Shown here piece by piece: positions 1 to 8,138 of a stretch of 64,000 nt of DNA; within the stretch, counting starts at the first letter, position 1, and every line of letters starts with the position of its first letter. The translations under genes were made by a program, and so were the position numbers. Source of the DNA: a virus (lineage: Duplodnaviria > Caudoviricetes); the IMG/VR virus record IMGVR_UViG_2974532474_000001, positions 4,763 through 68,762 of that record; one strand, written 5' to 3'. The notes beneath the pieces were generated by a model. It searched no databases. It saw only the letters and a program-made list of their open reading frames with translations, and was not told the origin of the DNA.

Positions 1-1454
1 GGCAGCGGATCACGGGCAAGCTGCAGACCGTACTCACGCAGCCGGCCAACCTATTCCGGGACGCGATCCCGCGCGAGGAAATCACCAAAGAGGTGGACAA
101 AATCCCGTTGGATGGGTCCGTCGATATGGCCAAACAGGCTGTTCACAGTGCCCACGGGCTTGGCAGGAATGAAGCGGCCGCAGACCTCAACCCGTCTGCG
201 ATCTACGCGAGCGAAATCATGGACGGCAACACTTGCCGCGCGTGCGCTGACATTGATAGCCACAAATACCCGGACCTTGAGACCGCCATGGCTGATTACC
301 CAAACGGTGGTTATGACGGCTGCGAGGGTGGGCTGCGTTGCCGCGGCACGCTGGTGTTCATGTATGACGACCCGGTTATTCCCCGGGACGATCCCAACCC
401 CGAACCGCTGCCCCCGATCCCCCCGGAACCGACCCCGGCGCCGGAACCGGAAAAGCCCAAGACGCCCCGCAAGCGCAAGCCAAAGGTGACCCCGGCCCCG
501 GTTGAGGATCCCAAACCGAAGACCAGGAAAGAGGCGTTGGCCAAGGAACGCGCTGAACAGGAACCGGAAACGCCCGGGCTGCCGCCCAAGCCGACCGGCA
601 CGCCGCCGCCCCGCAAAAAGGGCCAATCCCAGCGGTACACCGACATTGACCAACTGCCCATTGACCATGGCAAGGTCACGGACACCCCGGGGCTGGTGGC
701 GAAGTACACCAACCCGGGCCATGACAAGGTGTATGGCACCAAGTTCTATAACAACAACTGCTCAAGCGTGGTTCAGGCTTACGAGTTCCAGCGCCGTGGA
801 TACGACGTAAAAGCCGCCCCGGTTGCTGACGGTAAGGGCCGCTATGACACCGAGTATGTGAGCCAGTGGTGGAAGGACACCAAGGGCAACCCGGCGCTCA
901 TGGAGTACGCCGCTTTGCTGCCGGACGTACCCGGGCGCATGAATAGGCACTTGCGCACCGTGGCGAAACTGGAACAGTGGGCGGACCCGTTCCCGGACGG
1001 CGCGCGTGGCTTTGTGGCGCTCCACTGGACCCAAGGTGGCGGTCACGTATTCAACTGGGAAAAGGTGGGCGGAAAGCTCACATGGCTGGAAGGCCAAACG
1101 GGCGATTGGGACGCCGCGCGCCACTTCACCCCGGGCATGTTCAAGCCGGATTCAGTGCGCATCGTCCGAATTGACGACAAAGTGCCCACCCCGCTGGCCA
1201 TGCAAGCCCTGGAAACCCGGCCACCAGAACTTGAACAGGAAGTAGCGGAAAAGGGCATAAATGGCGCTGGCGGGTTGTCCAGTGCGGACAAGAAACTGCG
1301 GTCAGTGTGGCGCATGCGCACCGGCCCCAACGGCATTGAATACGTCCCCCCGGCCTACCGCAAGAACAAATCCAATAGGTGGGAAGCGATCCCGGAACAC
1401 GAGCGCGCCAAGATGCTTGAGGATTTCAAGAAAAACGGGAACCGGCCCACCTAA
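1..1454 (+). CDS. MuF-like minor head protein fused to a C-terminal papain-fold toxin domain (Tox-PL type); 5' truncated by the window
   Basis: Frame is open from base 3. MuF-type Cys motif (MDGNTCRAC...GCEGGLRCRGTL), Pro/Lys linker, then NNCSSVVQAYEFQRRGY...GGGHVFNW...LEGQTG with a papain-like Cys/His arrangement. Confidence 0.75.
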   Translation, partial: QRITGKLQTVLTQPANLFRDAIPREEITKEVDKIPLDGSVDMAKQAVHSAHGLGRNEAAADLNPSAIYASEIMDGNTCRACADIDSHKYPDLETAMADYPNGGYDGCEGGLRCRGTLVFMYDDPVIPRDDPNPEPLPPIPPEPTPAPEPEKPKTPRKRKPKVTPAPVEDPKPKTRKEALAKERAEQEPETPGLPPKPTGTPPPRKKGQSQRYTDIDQLPIDHGKVTDTPGLVAKYTNPGHDKVYGTKFYNNNCSSVVQAYEFQRRGYDVKAAPVADGKGRYDTEYVSQWWKDTKGNPALMEYAALLPDVPGRMNRHLRTVAKLEQWADPFPDGARGFVALHWTQGGGHVFNWEKVGGKLTWLEGQTGDWDAARHFTPGMFKPDSVRIVRIDDKVPTPLAMQALETRPPELEQEVAEKGINGAGGLSSADKKLRSVWRMRTGPNGIEYVPPAYRKNKSNRWEAIPEHERAKMLEDFKKNGNRPT

Positions 1455-1485
1455 AACAGGCACGAACGGACGGACTATTAGAACA
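1454..1485 (+). promoter_or_regulatory. Class M promoter (AAACAGGCACG-N8-GACTAT), leaderless, for the immunity gene
   Basis: Motif C at 1457, ATG 28 nt later; same geometry as 10 other copies. Confidence 0.75.
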
Positions 1486-1811
1486 TGGCACAACTGACAT
1501 TTGAGGAAGCCCGGGCAGCCGTCCGAGCTCAAAACCAGCCCATTTGGGAAGACAACGACATACCCGGCGAATACATGGTCGCGGACTACGGGTGGGAGAA
1601 CGACGAAAGCTATCTACTCGTTGAGGGCGCGCGCGAGTATCTGGAAGACGGCGAAGACGAATTTGTGTTGCAGGACGCCCCGGCTGTGTTCGTGGACAAG
1701 GAAACCGGCACCGTGGTGCTGGCTGAGTTCCTGGCTGTCTTCGAGGTCATAGCGTCCATGACCCCGGTTCCCGGCCACGAGCCGCCCACGGACCCTGACG
1801 ACGACGAATAA
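1485..1811 (+). CDS. Putative immunity protein (Imm35/YrhB-like)
   Basis: Small acidic protein directly after the toxin; LTFEEAR...YGW...REYLEDG...APAVFVDKETG pattern recalls Imm35. Confidence 0.65.
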   Translation: MAQLTFEEARAAVRAQNQPIWEDNDIPGEYMVADYGWENDESYLLVEGAREYLEDGEDEFVLQDAPAVFVDKETGTVVLAEFLAVFEVIASMTPVPGHEPPTDPDDDE

Positions 1812-1824
1812 GCCGCACCCCAAA

Positions 1825-1861
1825 CGCCCCACAGCCGACCAAGGCTGTGGGGCGCTTTTTT
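1825..1861 (+). terminator. Rho-independent terminator
   Basis: CGCCCCACAGCC-GACCAA-GGCTGTGGGGCG followed by TTTTTT. Confidence 0.9.
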
Positions 1862-1873
1862 GTGACACCTCAG

Positions 1874-1915
1874 CCGTCCCACAACCGTGGTCACGCCGTG
1901 GGCATTATCAGGGCA
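1874..1915 (+). promoter_or_regulatory. Class L (late) promoter CCGTCCCACA...CATTAT
   Basis: Motif at -41, NANNNT at -12..-7, A at +1. Confidence 0.7.
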
Positions 1916-1954
1916 CGAGGCTAGTCAACGATTCAGTGGAAACGAGGTAGCACC

Positions 1955-2176
1955 ATGCCGGTCAAACGCGGTAAAGATGGACGATTTGCACCCAACGGCG
2001 GACGCGTCCGCGATAAGGGCAAGGGCAAGGGCAAGAAAAAGCCCATCAGTAAGTCCGGGTTTGACCGCTGGATGGGTGCCAAAAAGCGCACTGAGGCCAA
2101 GAAATCCGCCGCCGCCGAGGCCAGCTTCAATCGTTGGGCAGACGCCAAAGACCGCGTAGCCAAAAAGAAAAAGTAA
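1955..2176 (+). CDS. Small Lys/Arg-rich protein 1 (N-term MPVKRGKDGRF)
   Basis: GAGG RBS; 73 aa, strongly basic. Confidence 0.8.
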   Translation: MPVKRGKDGRFAPNGGRVRDKGKGKGKKKPISKSGFDRWMGAKKRTEAKKSAAAEASFNRWADAKDRVAKKKK

Positions 2177-2188
2177 GGAACAAAGAAC

Positions 2189-2653
2189 ATGCCAGTTAGG
2201 CGAGATTCAAACGGGCGGTTCGCCGGCGGAAGCGGCGGAAGTTCTAAGCGAGCTTCCAAGGCGTCAAAGCGTATGGGCGCCGCCAAGCCAGTCACCCACA
2301 ACGACCGCATGCGCGCCAACCTGACGCCCACCAAAGCCACGGGCAAGGGGCGTGTTGGGCAGACCGCAAGCAAGACCGTTCGGGCTGCTGGTGTGGCGAA
2401 CAAGGCGAAAGCGACCAAGTACAACCGCCAGGACCGTGACGTCGCTGGTGCCAAGGCATTCAACATGACCAAGGCGCCGGGGCTGGCTGGGCAGAAGGCC
2501 AAGAAAAACAGCCTGACCCGCAACACGGACAAGATCAAGGGCGGTTTGAAGCGAGCCGCCGCGGTCAACGCGCAGATGGGCGAAAAGGCCGAAATGGTCA
2601 AAGCCATTGCGGGAGTCCGCAAGGACAAGCGCAAGAAATACGGAAAGCGATAG
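2189..2653 (+). CDS. Lys/Arg-rich protein 2 (N-term MPVRRDSNGRF)
   Basis: 154 aa, strongly basic, tandem arrangement. Confidence 0.8.
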   Translation: MPVRRDSNGRFAGGSGGSSKRASKASKRMGAAKPVTHNDRMRANLTPTKATGKGRVGQTASKTVRAAGVANKAKATKYNRQDRDVAGAKAFNMTKAPGLAGQKAKKNSLTRNTDKIKGGLKRAAAVNAQMGEKAEMVKAIAGVRKDKRKKYGKR

Positions 2654-2661
2654 GTGACCTC

Positions 2662-3045
2662 ATGCCGGTAAAACGCGACGCTAACGGGCGGTTCACGACC
2701 AGCGGCGGCACCAAGGTGGGCAGCCGTTCGGCCAAGCTGGCCAAGGTCAAGGGCCACAAAAAGGCTGTGTTCGACAACAACACGGCCCGTAAGAACCTGA
2801 AACAGGTACGCCGGAAAGCCGAAATTGACGACGACCGGGCGTTCCGCAGGGGCGACAAAGAGGCCATGAAAAAGACCGAGAAGCACCTCGAAAGCTTCCG
2901 GCCCAAGGAATCCAAGCTGATCAAGGAACAAGTGAAGCTTGGGCAAAAGGGCAAGACCGGGCAGCGCAAGCTACTGCCGTTCAAGCCCGAAATTGCCAAC
3001 AAAAAGGCGCAAGTCAAAAAGCGCCGCGCGAAGGCGGGGAAGTAA
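2662..3045 (+). CDS. Lys/Arg-rich protein 3 (N-term MPVKRDANGRF)
   Basis: AGGTG RBS; 127 aa, strongly basic. Confidence 0.8.
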   Translation: MPVKRDANGRFTTSGGTKVGSRSAKLAKVKGHKKAVFDNNTARKNLKQVRRKAEIDDDRAFRRGDKEAMKKTEKHLESFRPKESKLIKEQVKLGQKGKTGQRKLLPFKPEIANKKAQVKKRRAKAGK

Positions 3046-3047
3046 CC

Positions 3048-4496
3048 ATGACTGTGAAGTTCAAAACCGTTGAGGGCGTGCCCTTGGTCAAAACAGGCAC
3101 ATGGAACGGTTCGACAGGTGCCCGGGCAATCGGCAAAGAGGACTTGGAAGCAATCGTGGAAGCCCACGAATCCAAGGTTCTTGACAAGGGTGTGCTAAAA
3201 AAGGGCCACCTTGACCCGCGCCATGAGAATCCCACGTGGGACGGTGAGCCGGCTTACGGTCAGGTGGACAATCTGCGCTTGTCCGAGGACGGCGAAACGC
3301 TGCTGGGTGACTACATCAACGTGCCGGAAGATTTGGCCGACTCGCTGCCGTCCGCGTATCCCAACAGGTCCGCAGAAATCGCGTGGGGCGTGAAGCTCAA
3401 GGACGCTGCCGGGAAGATCACCAAGGAATTCAAGGCCGCGCTTGCTGGTGTCGCTCTGCTGGGGCGCACCCCGCCGGCGGTGAAGGGCTTGGGTGGCCCC
3501 GTGTCTGCGTTCTCCGCTGGGCTGGAATACGAGAGCATCGGCGTGTTCACCATGGTGTCGCAGTTCTCGCTCCCGGGCGGTCTGACGGCCAACGCGCTGC
3601 GTGAGGCACTGTCTACGGCGATCACCGACGAATTCAAGGCCAAGCGCACGCTGGACAGCGAATATGGCGAGTGGCCGTGGATGGTGGACTACGACGACGA
3701 AAAGGCGTGGTTCCGTTCCAACGGCGGTGTGTTCCAGGTTGGTTACACCGCGTCTGACGACGGCGTGATCACTCTGAATGACGACGTTACCGAGGTAATC
3801 GAAAAACGCACTTACGTTCCGGTTTCCGACACGGCCCCCGTCCCACAAACAATGCTTTCCGAAAAGCAAGCTAACGACGTACAGGGCGCCGCAAGCGCCA
3901 ACGAGAAAGCTACTAGGGAGGAATCCTCCATGTCCGAGTACCTTAAGAAGCTCCGGGACAAGCTGGGCTTGCCTGACACGGCCACGGAGGAAGAAATCCT
4001 TACCGCTGCCGCCGAGGCCGTCCCCGCACCCGCAGCCGACGACAAAGCACCTGCTGCCGCCCCCGCCGCTGCCCCCGCAGCAACGACCGAGGTTCAGGAA
4101 CAGACCAACAACAGCGCCGGCAAGCACGCCGCCCCCGCTGCTGGCGGCGGCGCCCCGGAAACCATTCAGGTTTCCAAGGCCATGTTCTCTGAGCTCATGG
4201 CCACCAGCCAGTCCAACGCCGCCAAGCTTGAAACCTACGAACAGGACAAGCACAAGGCGCACATTGAGGGCTTGGTTTCCAAGTTCTCTGCCGCTGGCAA
4301 GATTCACCCCAGCGAGGTGGCGTTCTTCACCAACGCGCTGGCCAAGGATGAAGCCGAGACCGTCGCGCACCTTGAGTCGCGGGTCGGCATCCCCGTTTCT
4401 CCGATTGGTTCCTCGACCGCCGACACCGTGGCTTTCAGCGAAAGCGACAACCTGGACCCGGCGTTCGCATACTTCAACCTGGAAGGTGGCAACTAA
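3048..4496 (+). CDS. Capsid maturation protease-scaffold fusion (Mu gpI-like)
   Basis: LKKGH, SAYPNRSAE and ALLGRTPPAVKGL motifs; Ala-rich/helical C-terminal half; lies just before capsid genes. Confidence 0.8.
   Translation: MTVKFKTVEGVPLVKTGTWNGSTGARAIGKEDLEAIVEAHESKVLDKGVLKKGHLDPRHENPTWDGEPAYGQVDNLRLSEDGETLLGDYINVPEDLADSLPSAYPNRSAEIAWGVKLKDAAGKITKEFKAALAGVALLGRTPPAVKGLGGPVSAFSAGLEYESIGVFTMVSQFSLPGGLTANALREALSTAITDEFKAKRTLDSEYGEWPWMVDYDDEKAWFRSNGGVFQVGYTASDDGVITLNDDVTEVIEKRTYVPVSDTAPVPQTMLSEKQANDVQGAASANEKATREESSMSEYLKKLRDKLGLPDTATEEEILTAAAEAVPAPAADDKAPAAAPAAAPAATTEVQEQTNNSAGKHAAPAAGGGAPETIQVSKAMFSELMATSQSNAAKLETYEQDKHKAHIEGLVSKFSAAGKIHPSEVAFFTNALAKDEAETVAHLESRVGIPVSPIGSSTADTVAFSESDNLDPAFAYFNLEGGN
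3838..3879 (+). promoter_or_regulatory. Internal class L promoter within the protease gene
   Basis: CCGTCCCACA at 3838; CAAGCT at 3867-3872; G at +1. Confidence 0.6.
3930..4496 (+). CDS. Nested in-frame scaffolding protein
   Basis: Strong AGGGAGG RBS before in-frame ATG 3930 (MSEYLKKLRDKLG). Confidence 0.7.
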   Translation: MSEYLKKLRDKLGLPDTATEEEILTAAAEAVPAPAADDKAPAAAPAAAPAATTEVQEQTNNSAGKHAAPAAGGGAPETIQVSKAMFSELMATSQSNAAKLETYEQDKHKAHIEGLVSKFSAAGKIHPSEVAFFTNALAKDEAETVAHLESRVGIPVSPIGSSTADTVAFSESDNLDPAFAYFNLEGGN

Positions 4497-4499
4497 GCC

Positions 4500-4883
4500 A
4501 TGGGTAAGTACCAGAACCCCACCGATATTGTCCGTGACCCGGCCAAGAACTACACCGCCAAGGCTGGCGCGGGTGCTGCTGTCCGCGGCTCGCGTTTCGT
4601 GTCTTTCATTGCTGGCGGTAACCGCGAGGTTCCCCGCGCGGCTGAGTCCACCGCAACGTCCGCCGTCGTCGGTGTCTCCAAGTACGACGCCGCCGCAAGC
4701 GAGACGTTCGGCATCATCAAGGGCGGACAGGCTGGCGTTATCGCTGGCGGCGCCGTCGCTGCTGGTGACCGGGTGGTCTCCGACGCGCAGGGCCGCGCCG
4801 TGAAGGCTGCGGACGGTGCCCCTTACGTCGGTGTTGCATACACCGACGCCGCCCTCAACGCCGTCGTATACATCGACTTCTAA
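4500..4883 (+). CDS. Capsid decoration/cement protein (DUF2190-like)
   Basis: GQAGVIAGGAVAAGDRVVSDAQGRAV pattern; between scaffold and major capsid. Confidence 0.75.
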   Translation: MGKYQNPTDIVRDPAKNYTAKAGAGAAVRGSRFVSFIAGGNREVPRAAESTATSAVVGVSKYDAAASETFGIIKGGQAGVIAGGAVAAGDRVVSDAQGRAVKAADGAPYVGVAYTDAALNAVVYIDF

Positions 4884-4906
4884 GCCAGAAAGGCACGGAA
4901 AAACAC

Positions 4907-5803
4907 ATGAGCACTGTCACTTACCCGCCGCAGGGTCCGACCGTCAACGGTCACCAGATCACTGTTGATTGGGCGCTCAAAAACCCTACGTTCATCAATA
5001 AGGCTGTCAGCCTTGCTGTTCAGGGCAAGTTCATTTCTGACTACATTTTCCGCGCCGGCGACGCCGCCGCTGGTGCTGTGGTCTACGAACGCACCCTCGG
5101 GCCGAATGAGAAGTACCCGGCCAAGGGCGACGTCCAGATCGTGGAACCGGGCGACGAATTCCCGCTGGTTGACGTTGGCGAGATTTCCAAGGAAACCGCC
5201 ATTGTTGACAAGTTCGGTGCTGCCGCGCTGGTCACCTACGAACAGGTGCGCCGCAACCAGAAGGACAAGATCACTGAGGCAATCGTCAAGATTTCCAACG
5301 CGATCCTTCGCAAGACTGACAGCCGCGCCATGGCTGCCCTTGCTGCGGACCCGGACAAGCTCACGGTTGGCGCTGCCGCACCGTGGGGCACCGGCACCCC
5401 GGACCCCTTCGCTGACATTGTTGGCGCTGTGGGCCTTGGCGAGGGTCAGGAACTCGACTACAACTTCGATACCGTCCTGATCAACCCCACGGACGCCGCC
5501 AAGCTGCTCAAGAACCGCGACATTCGCGACCAGTTGCCCCGCGAGGCCGTAGCGTCCAACCCGCTGCTGTCGGGCCGCCTGGAAGGTCTGGCCGGTCTCA
5601 ACTGGATTCAGACCAACCGCAAGGCTGCCGGCTCGCTGTACATTCTGCAGCGCAACATCACGGGCGTGCACGCTGAGGAATTGGCGACGTACACCCGCAA
5701 CATTGACGAGCCGATCAACGAGCGTTGGCGCGTCCAGGGTGCCCGTGTTTCGGTGCCCATCATCACCGACCCCAAGTCCCTTATCGAACTGACGGGAATC
5801 TAG
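4907..5803 (+). CDS. Major capsid protein
   Basis: 298 aa; HK97-like segments (VEPGDEFP, KFGAAALVTYE, DTVLINPTD); position. Confidence 0.85.
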   Translation: MSTVTYPPQGPTVNGHQITVDWALKNPTFINKAVSLAVQGKFISDYIFRAGDAAAGAVVYERTLGPNEKYPAKGDVQIVEPGDEFPLVDVGEISKETAIVDKFGAAALVTYEQVRRNQKDKITEAIVKISNAILRKTDSRAMAALAADPDKLTVGAAAPWGTGTPDPFADIVGAVGLGEGQELDYNFDTVLINPTDAAKLLKNRDIRDQLPREAVASNPLLSGRLEGLAGLNWIQTNRKAAGSLYILQRNITGVHAEELATYTRNIDEPINERWRVQGARVSVPIITDPKSLIELTGI

Positions 5804-5806
5804 CCA

Positions 5807-6220
5807 ATGACCACCGCAGCACAGAAGCGCCGCAGCGCGTCCGACGCGCTCAAGGGAACCGCTACCCCGGCAGAGGAAACCCTGCCGCTGACCCCGGAAA
5901 CGGGCGAGGAAACCAAGAGCGAGGAAACCCCCGCCGCTGGTGACAAGCCCGACGCAACCGAGGCTAAAACCGACGCTGACGCCAAGGTTGATACCCCGGA
6001 CGCCGACCCGGCAGAGGGTGACGCCGCTGACGCGGACGCAGAAGACGACGACTACGACGAGGAAGACGAACTGGTTGAAGCCGTTGTGCTGTTCGACCTG
6101 TTCAACTACTTTGACGAGTCCGGCGCCCACTGCTCTGCGCTCAAGGGCAATACGGTGCACGTTGACCACGAGACCGCCGCGCGAGGCGTGAAGCTCCGCG
6201 CGCTCAAGGTCAAGGGCTAA
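5807..6220 (+). CDS. Acidic hypothetical protein, head region
   Basis: Asp/Glu-rich ORF packed after MCP. Confidence 0.7.
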   Translation: MTTAAQKRRSASDALKGTATPAEETLPLTPETGEETKSEETPAAGDKPDATEAKTDADAKVDTPDADPAEGDAADADAEDDDYDEEDELVEAVVLFDLFNYFDESGAHCSALKGNTVHVDHETAARGVKLRALKVKG

Positions 6221-6240
6221 GCCCCGAAAGGCTAAACACC

Positions 6241-6744
6241 ATGGCTGAGGCCACAACGTGGGGTGTCAGCGTCGATGATGTATCGGCGCTGGCCCCCCAT
6301 ATTGTTATTACCAACTCCGACGCACCGCCCACGGGCGGAACCCCGGATCCCTACAACGCCACCACGGTTCGGAAGCTCACGAATCAACAGGTGCAAAAGT
6401 TCATCAACGACGTGACCGCAATGGTGGACATGCGGCTGCATGAGCGTGTCAGGATCACCGACGAGGTGTTCAACGCCAAGATTGCCGCCGCCGCCAAGGA
6501 CATTGTGGCCAACGGTGCTGGTTCCTACTTGGTGGCTGCCGCGTTCCCCATGAAAGCTGGCCCCAACGAGAACACCAGCTACGCCGCGGAACTGTGGAAC
6601 CGCTACAAGTACGGGCTGGAAGAACTCGAAAAAGCCATTGCTGACTTCATCAAGGATGGCGAGGGAGTCACCCCCATTGCCCGGGCTTCGAGCATTGCGG
6701 CGTTCTTCCCGCCTGTTCGCATCCGGGACGACATGAGGTTTTAG
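6241..6744 (+). CDS. Head-to-tail adaptor
   Basis: Helical 167 aa protein; synteny. Confidence 0.6.
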   Translation: MAEATTWGVSVDDVSALAPHIVITNSDAPPTGGTPDPYNATTVRKLTNQQVQKFINDVTAMVDMRLHERVRITDEVFNAKIAAAAKDIVANGAGSYLVAAAFPMKAGPNENTSYAAELWNRYKYGLEELEKAIADFIKDGEGVTPIARASSIAAFFPPVRIRDDMRF

Positions 6745-6747
6745 CAC

Positions 6748-7218
6748 ATGAGTGCCACAATGCGGTTTGAGGGCGAGGGCTTCCGGGCGTTCAACCTCAT
6801 GTTGCAGCGCTTCCAGATCAACTTCAATGACTCTGAACAGGTCTTTGAGGCCATAGCGGACCACCAAAAAACGGTGTGGCAAAAGCAATTTGACCAAGAG
6901 GGCGCATATACCGGCCCGGGCACATGGTCAGCGCTGTCACCGAACTATGGGGCGTGGAAGCAACGGCACTACCCGGGCAAGAGAATCTTGGAGCTCACGG
7001 GAGATTTGCGCGAGTCGCTGACAGAACGCCCGTTCGGCGTGGACGAAATCAACGATCACGTCATGGTAATTGGCACAGCCGTGCCATATAGCGCGTTCCA
7101 CCAAAACGGAACCGAGACCATGCCGGCGCGCCGCATCCTGGAAACGCCCCCCGAAAAGGACCGTTTGCAGTATGCAAAGTACCTTCAAAACTGGATTGTG
7201 AAACGGAGTGTGACCTAA
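6748..7218 (+). CDS. Virion morphogenesis/tail completion protein (Mu gpG, P2 gpS-like)
   Basis: WSALSP...L.LTGDLRESL...IGTAVPYSAFHQNGT..MPARR motif. Confidence 0.75.
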   Translation: MSATMRFEGEGFRAFNLMLQRFQINFNDSEQVFEAIADHQKTVWQKQFDQEGAYTGPGTWSALSPNYGAWKQRHYPGKRILELTGDLRESLTERPFGVDEINDHVMVIGTAVPYSAFHQNGTETMPARRILETPPEKDRLQYAKYLQNWIVKRSVT

Positions 7219-7835
7219 TGCTTGGTGCCGAGGGTGTTTCCCGTGCGCTGGTGTATCGGCTGCTAGAACGAGTCCCGGCCAAGCTGGCGGAAATCCGGGC
7301 GCGGCTTGGGGTGGACGCTACCGAGCTACCGGAACTTGCCGCGATCTACCCCCACGAAATCAGCATCCGGGCTATCAATGCGTACCCGTGCGCTTCCGTG
7401 GTGGCCTACCAGACCACGGGCCGGGTGGGTAACAGGCAATTTGAGTCTGACAGCGGCTATGACGAGTATTCATTCAAGTACAAAATGCGCATTTTTCTGT
7501 GGGGCATGTCCAACGATCATGTGGCCACGGACTTGCTGCGCAAGCGGCTGGCGCTGGCCGTCCGGGAGGTGCTGCTGAATGACAAAATTTTCTACAACGA
7601 GAACAGCCAGTATGCAGACCTTGACCCTGACACCCTCTTGGAGTCCTACAGCGACGTGGGCAGCTTGGCGGAAAACCAGTTCCTTGGCGGGGTTTACCTT
7701 GAGCTTGAGGTTTCAAGCCAAGAAATCTTGGTTGCGTTCCAGGGTGTTCCCAACCCGGACCCGGCAACGGTGATACCGGACTTTAGCGCCGTGGGCGAGG
7801 GCGACACGCACCCCGTCCCCCAACCGGAACCCTAG
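7218..7835 (+). CDS. Putative tail terminator
   Basis: Position before sheath; beta-rich composition. Confidence 0.55.
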   Translation: MLGAEGVSRALVYRLLERVPAKLAEIRARLGVDATELPELAAIYPHEISIRAINAYPCASVVAYQTTGRVGNRQFESDSGYDEYSFKYKMRIFLWGMSNDHVATDLLRKRLALAVREVLLNDKIFYNENSQYADLDPDTLLESYSDVGSLAENQFLGGVYLELEVSSQEILVAFQGVPNPDPATVIPDFSAVGEGDTHPVPQPEP

Positions 7836-7854
7836 ACAAATGACCCTAGAGCCA
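7813..7854 (+). promoter_or_regulatory. Class L promoter, leaderless for 7854
   Basis: CCGTCCCCCA 41 nt before ATG; GACCCT at -12..-7. Confidence 0.7.
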
Positions 7855-8135
7855 TGACTGAAAACGTGAGGGTTTACAACCCCAATGCATTTGAGGTGGT
7901 CATTGACCTTGAGGGGCACGCCCTTGACGGTGGTTCGGCCACCGACGTGGGCCGGGACACCCTCACGGACCACCTCATTGATACTGGCCAATTGCTGATT
8001 CAGTACCCGGAAATCGTGGCGGTTGAGTCAGTGGTTGAGGAAGCCCCGGCACCGCCGGCGGTTGAGACACCCAAGCCCAAACAGCGGCGAACAAGCACCG
8101 AGGCCACCGGCAACGGTTCTGAGAACAGGAGATAA
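7854..8135 (+). CDS. Hypothetical tail-region protein
   Basis: 93 aa ORF immediately before the sheath gene. Confidence 0.7.
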   Translation: MTENVRVYNPNAFEVVIDLEGHALDGGSATDVGRDTLTDHLIDTGQLLIQYPEIVAVESVVEEAPAPPAVETPKPKQRRTSTEATGNGSENRR

Positions 8136-8138
8136 GAA

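Noticed and set aside
93-95. GTG at 93 as the start of the MuF gene
   Set aside because: The frame is open to the window edge, so the true start is most likely upstream.
3090-3101. AAAACAGGCACA near-match to the class M promoter
   Set aside because: Inside the protease coding sequence, and no xAnnnT hexamer at the required spacing.
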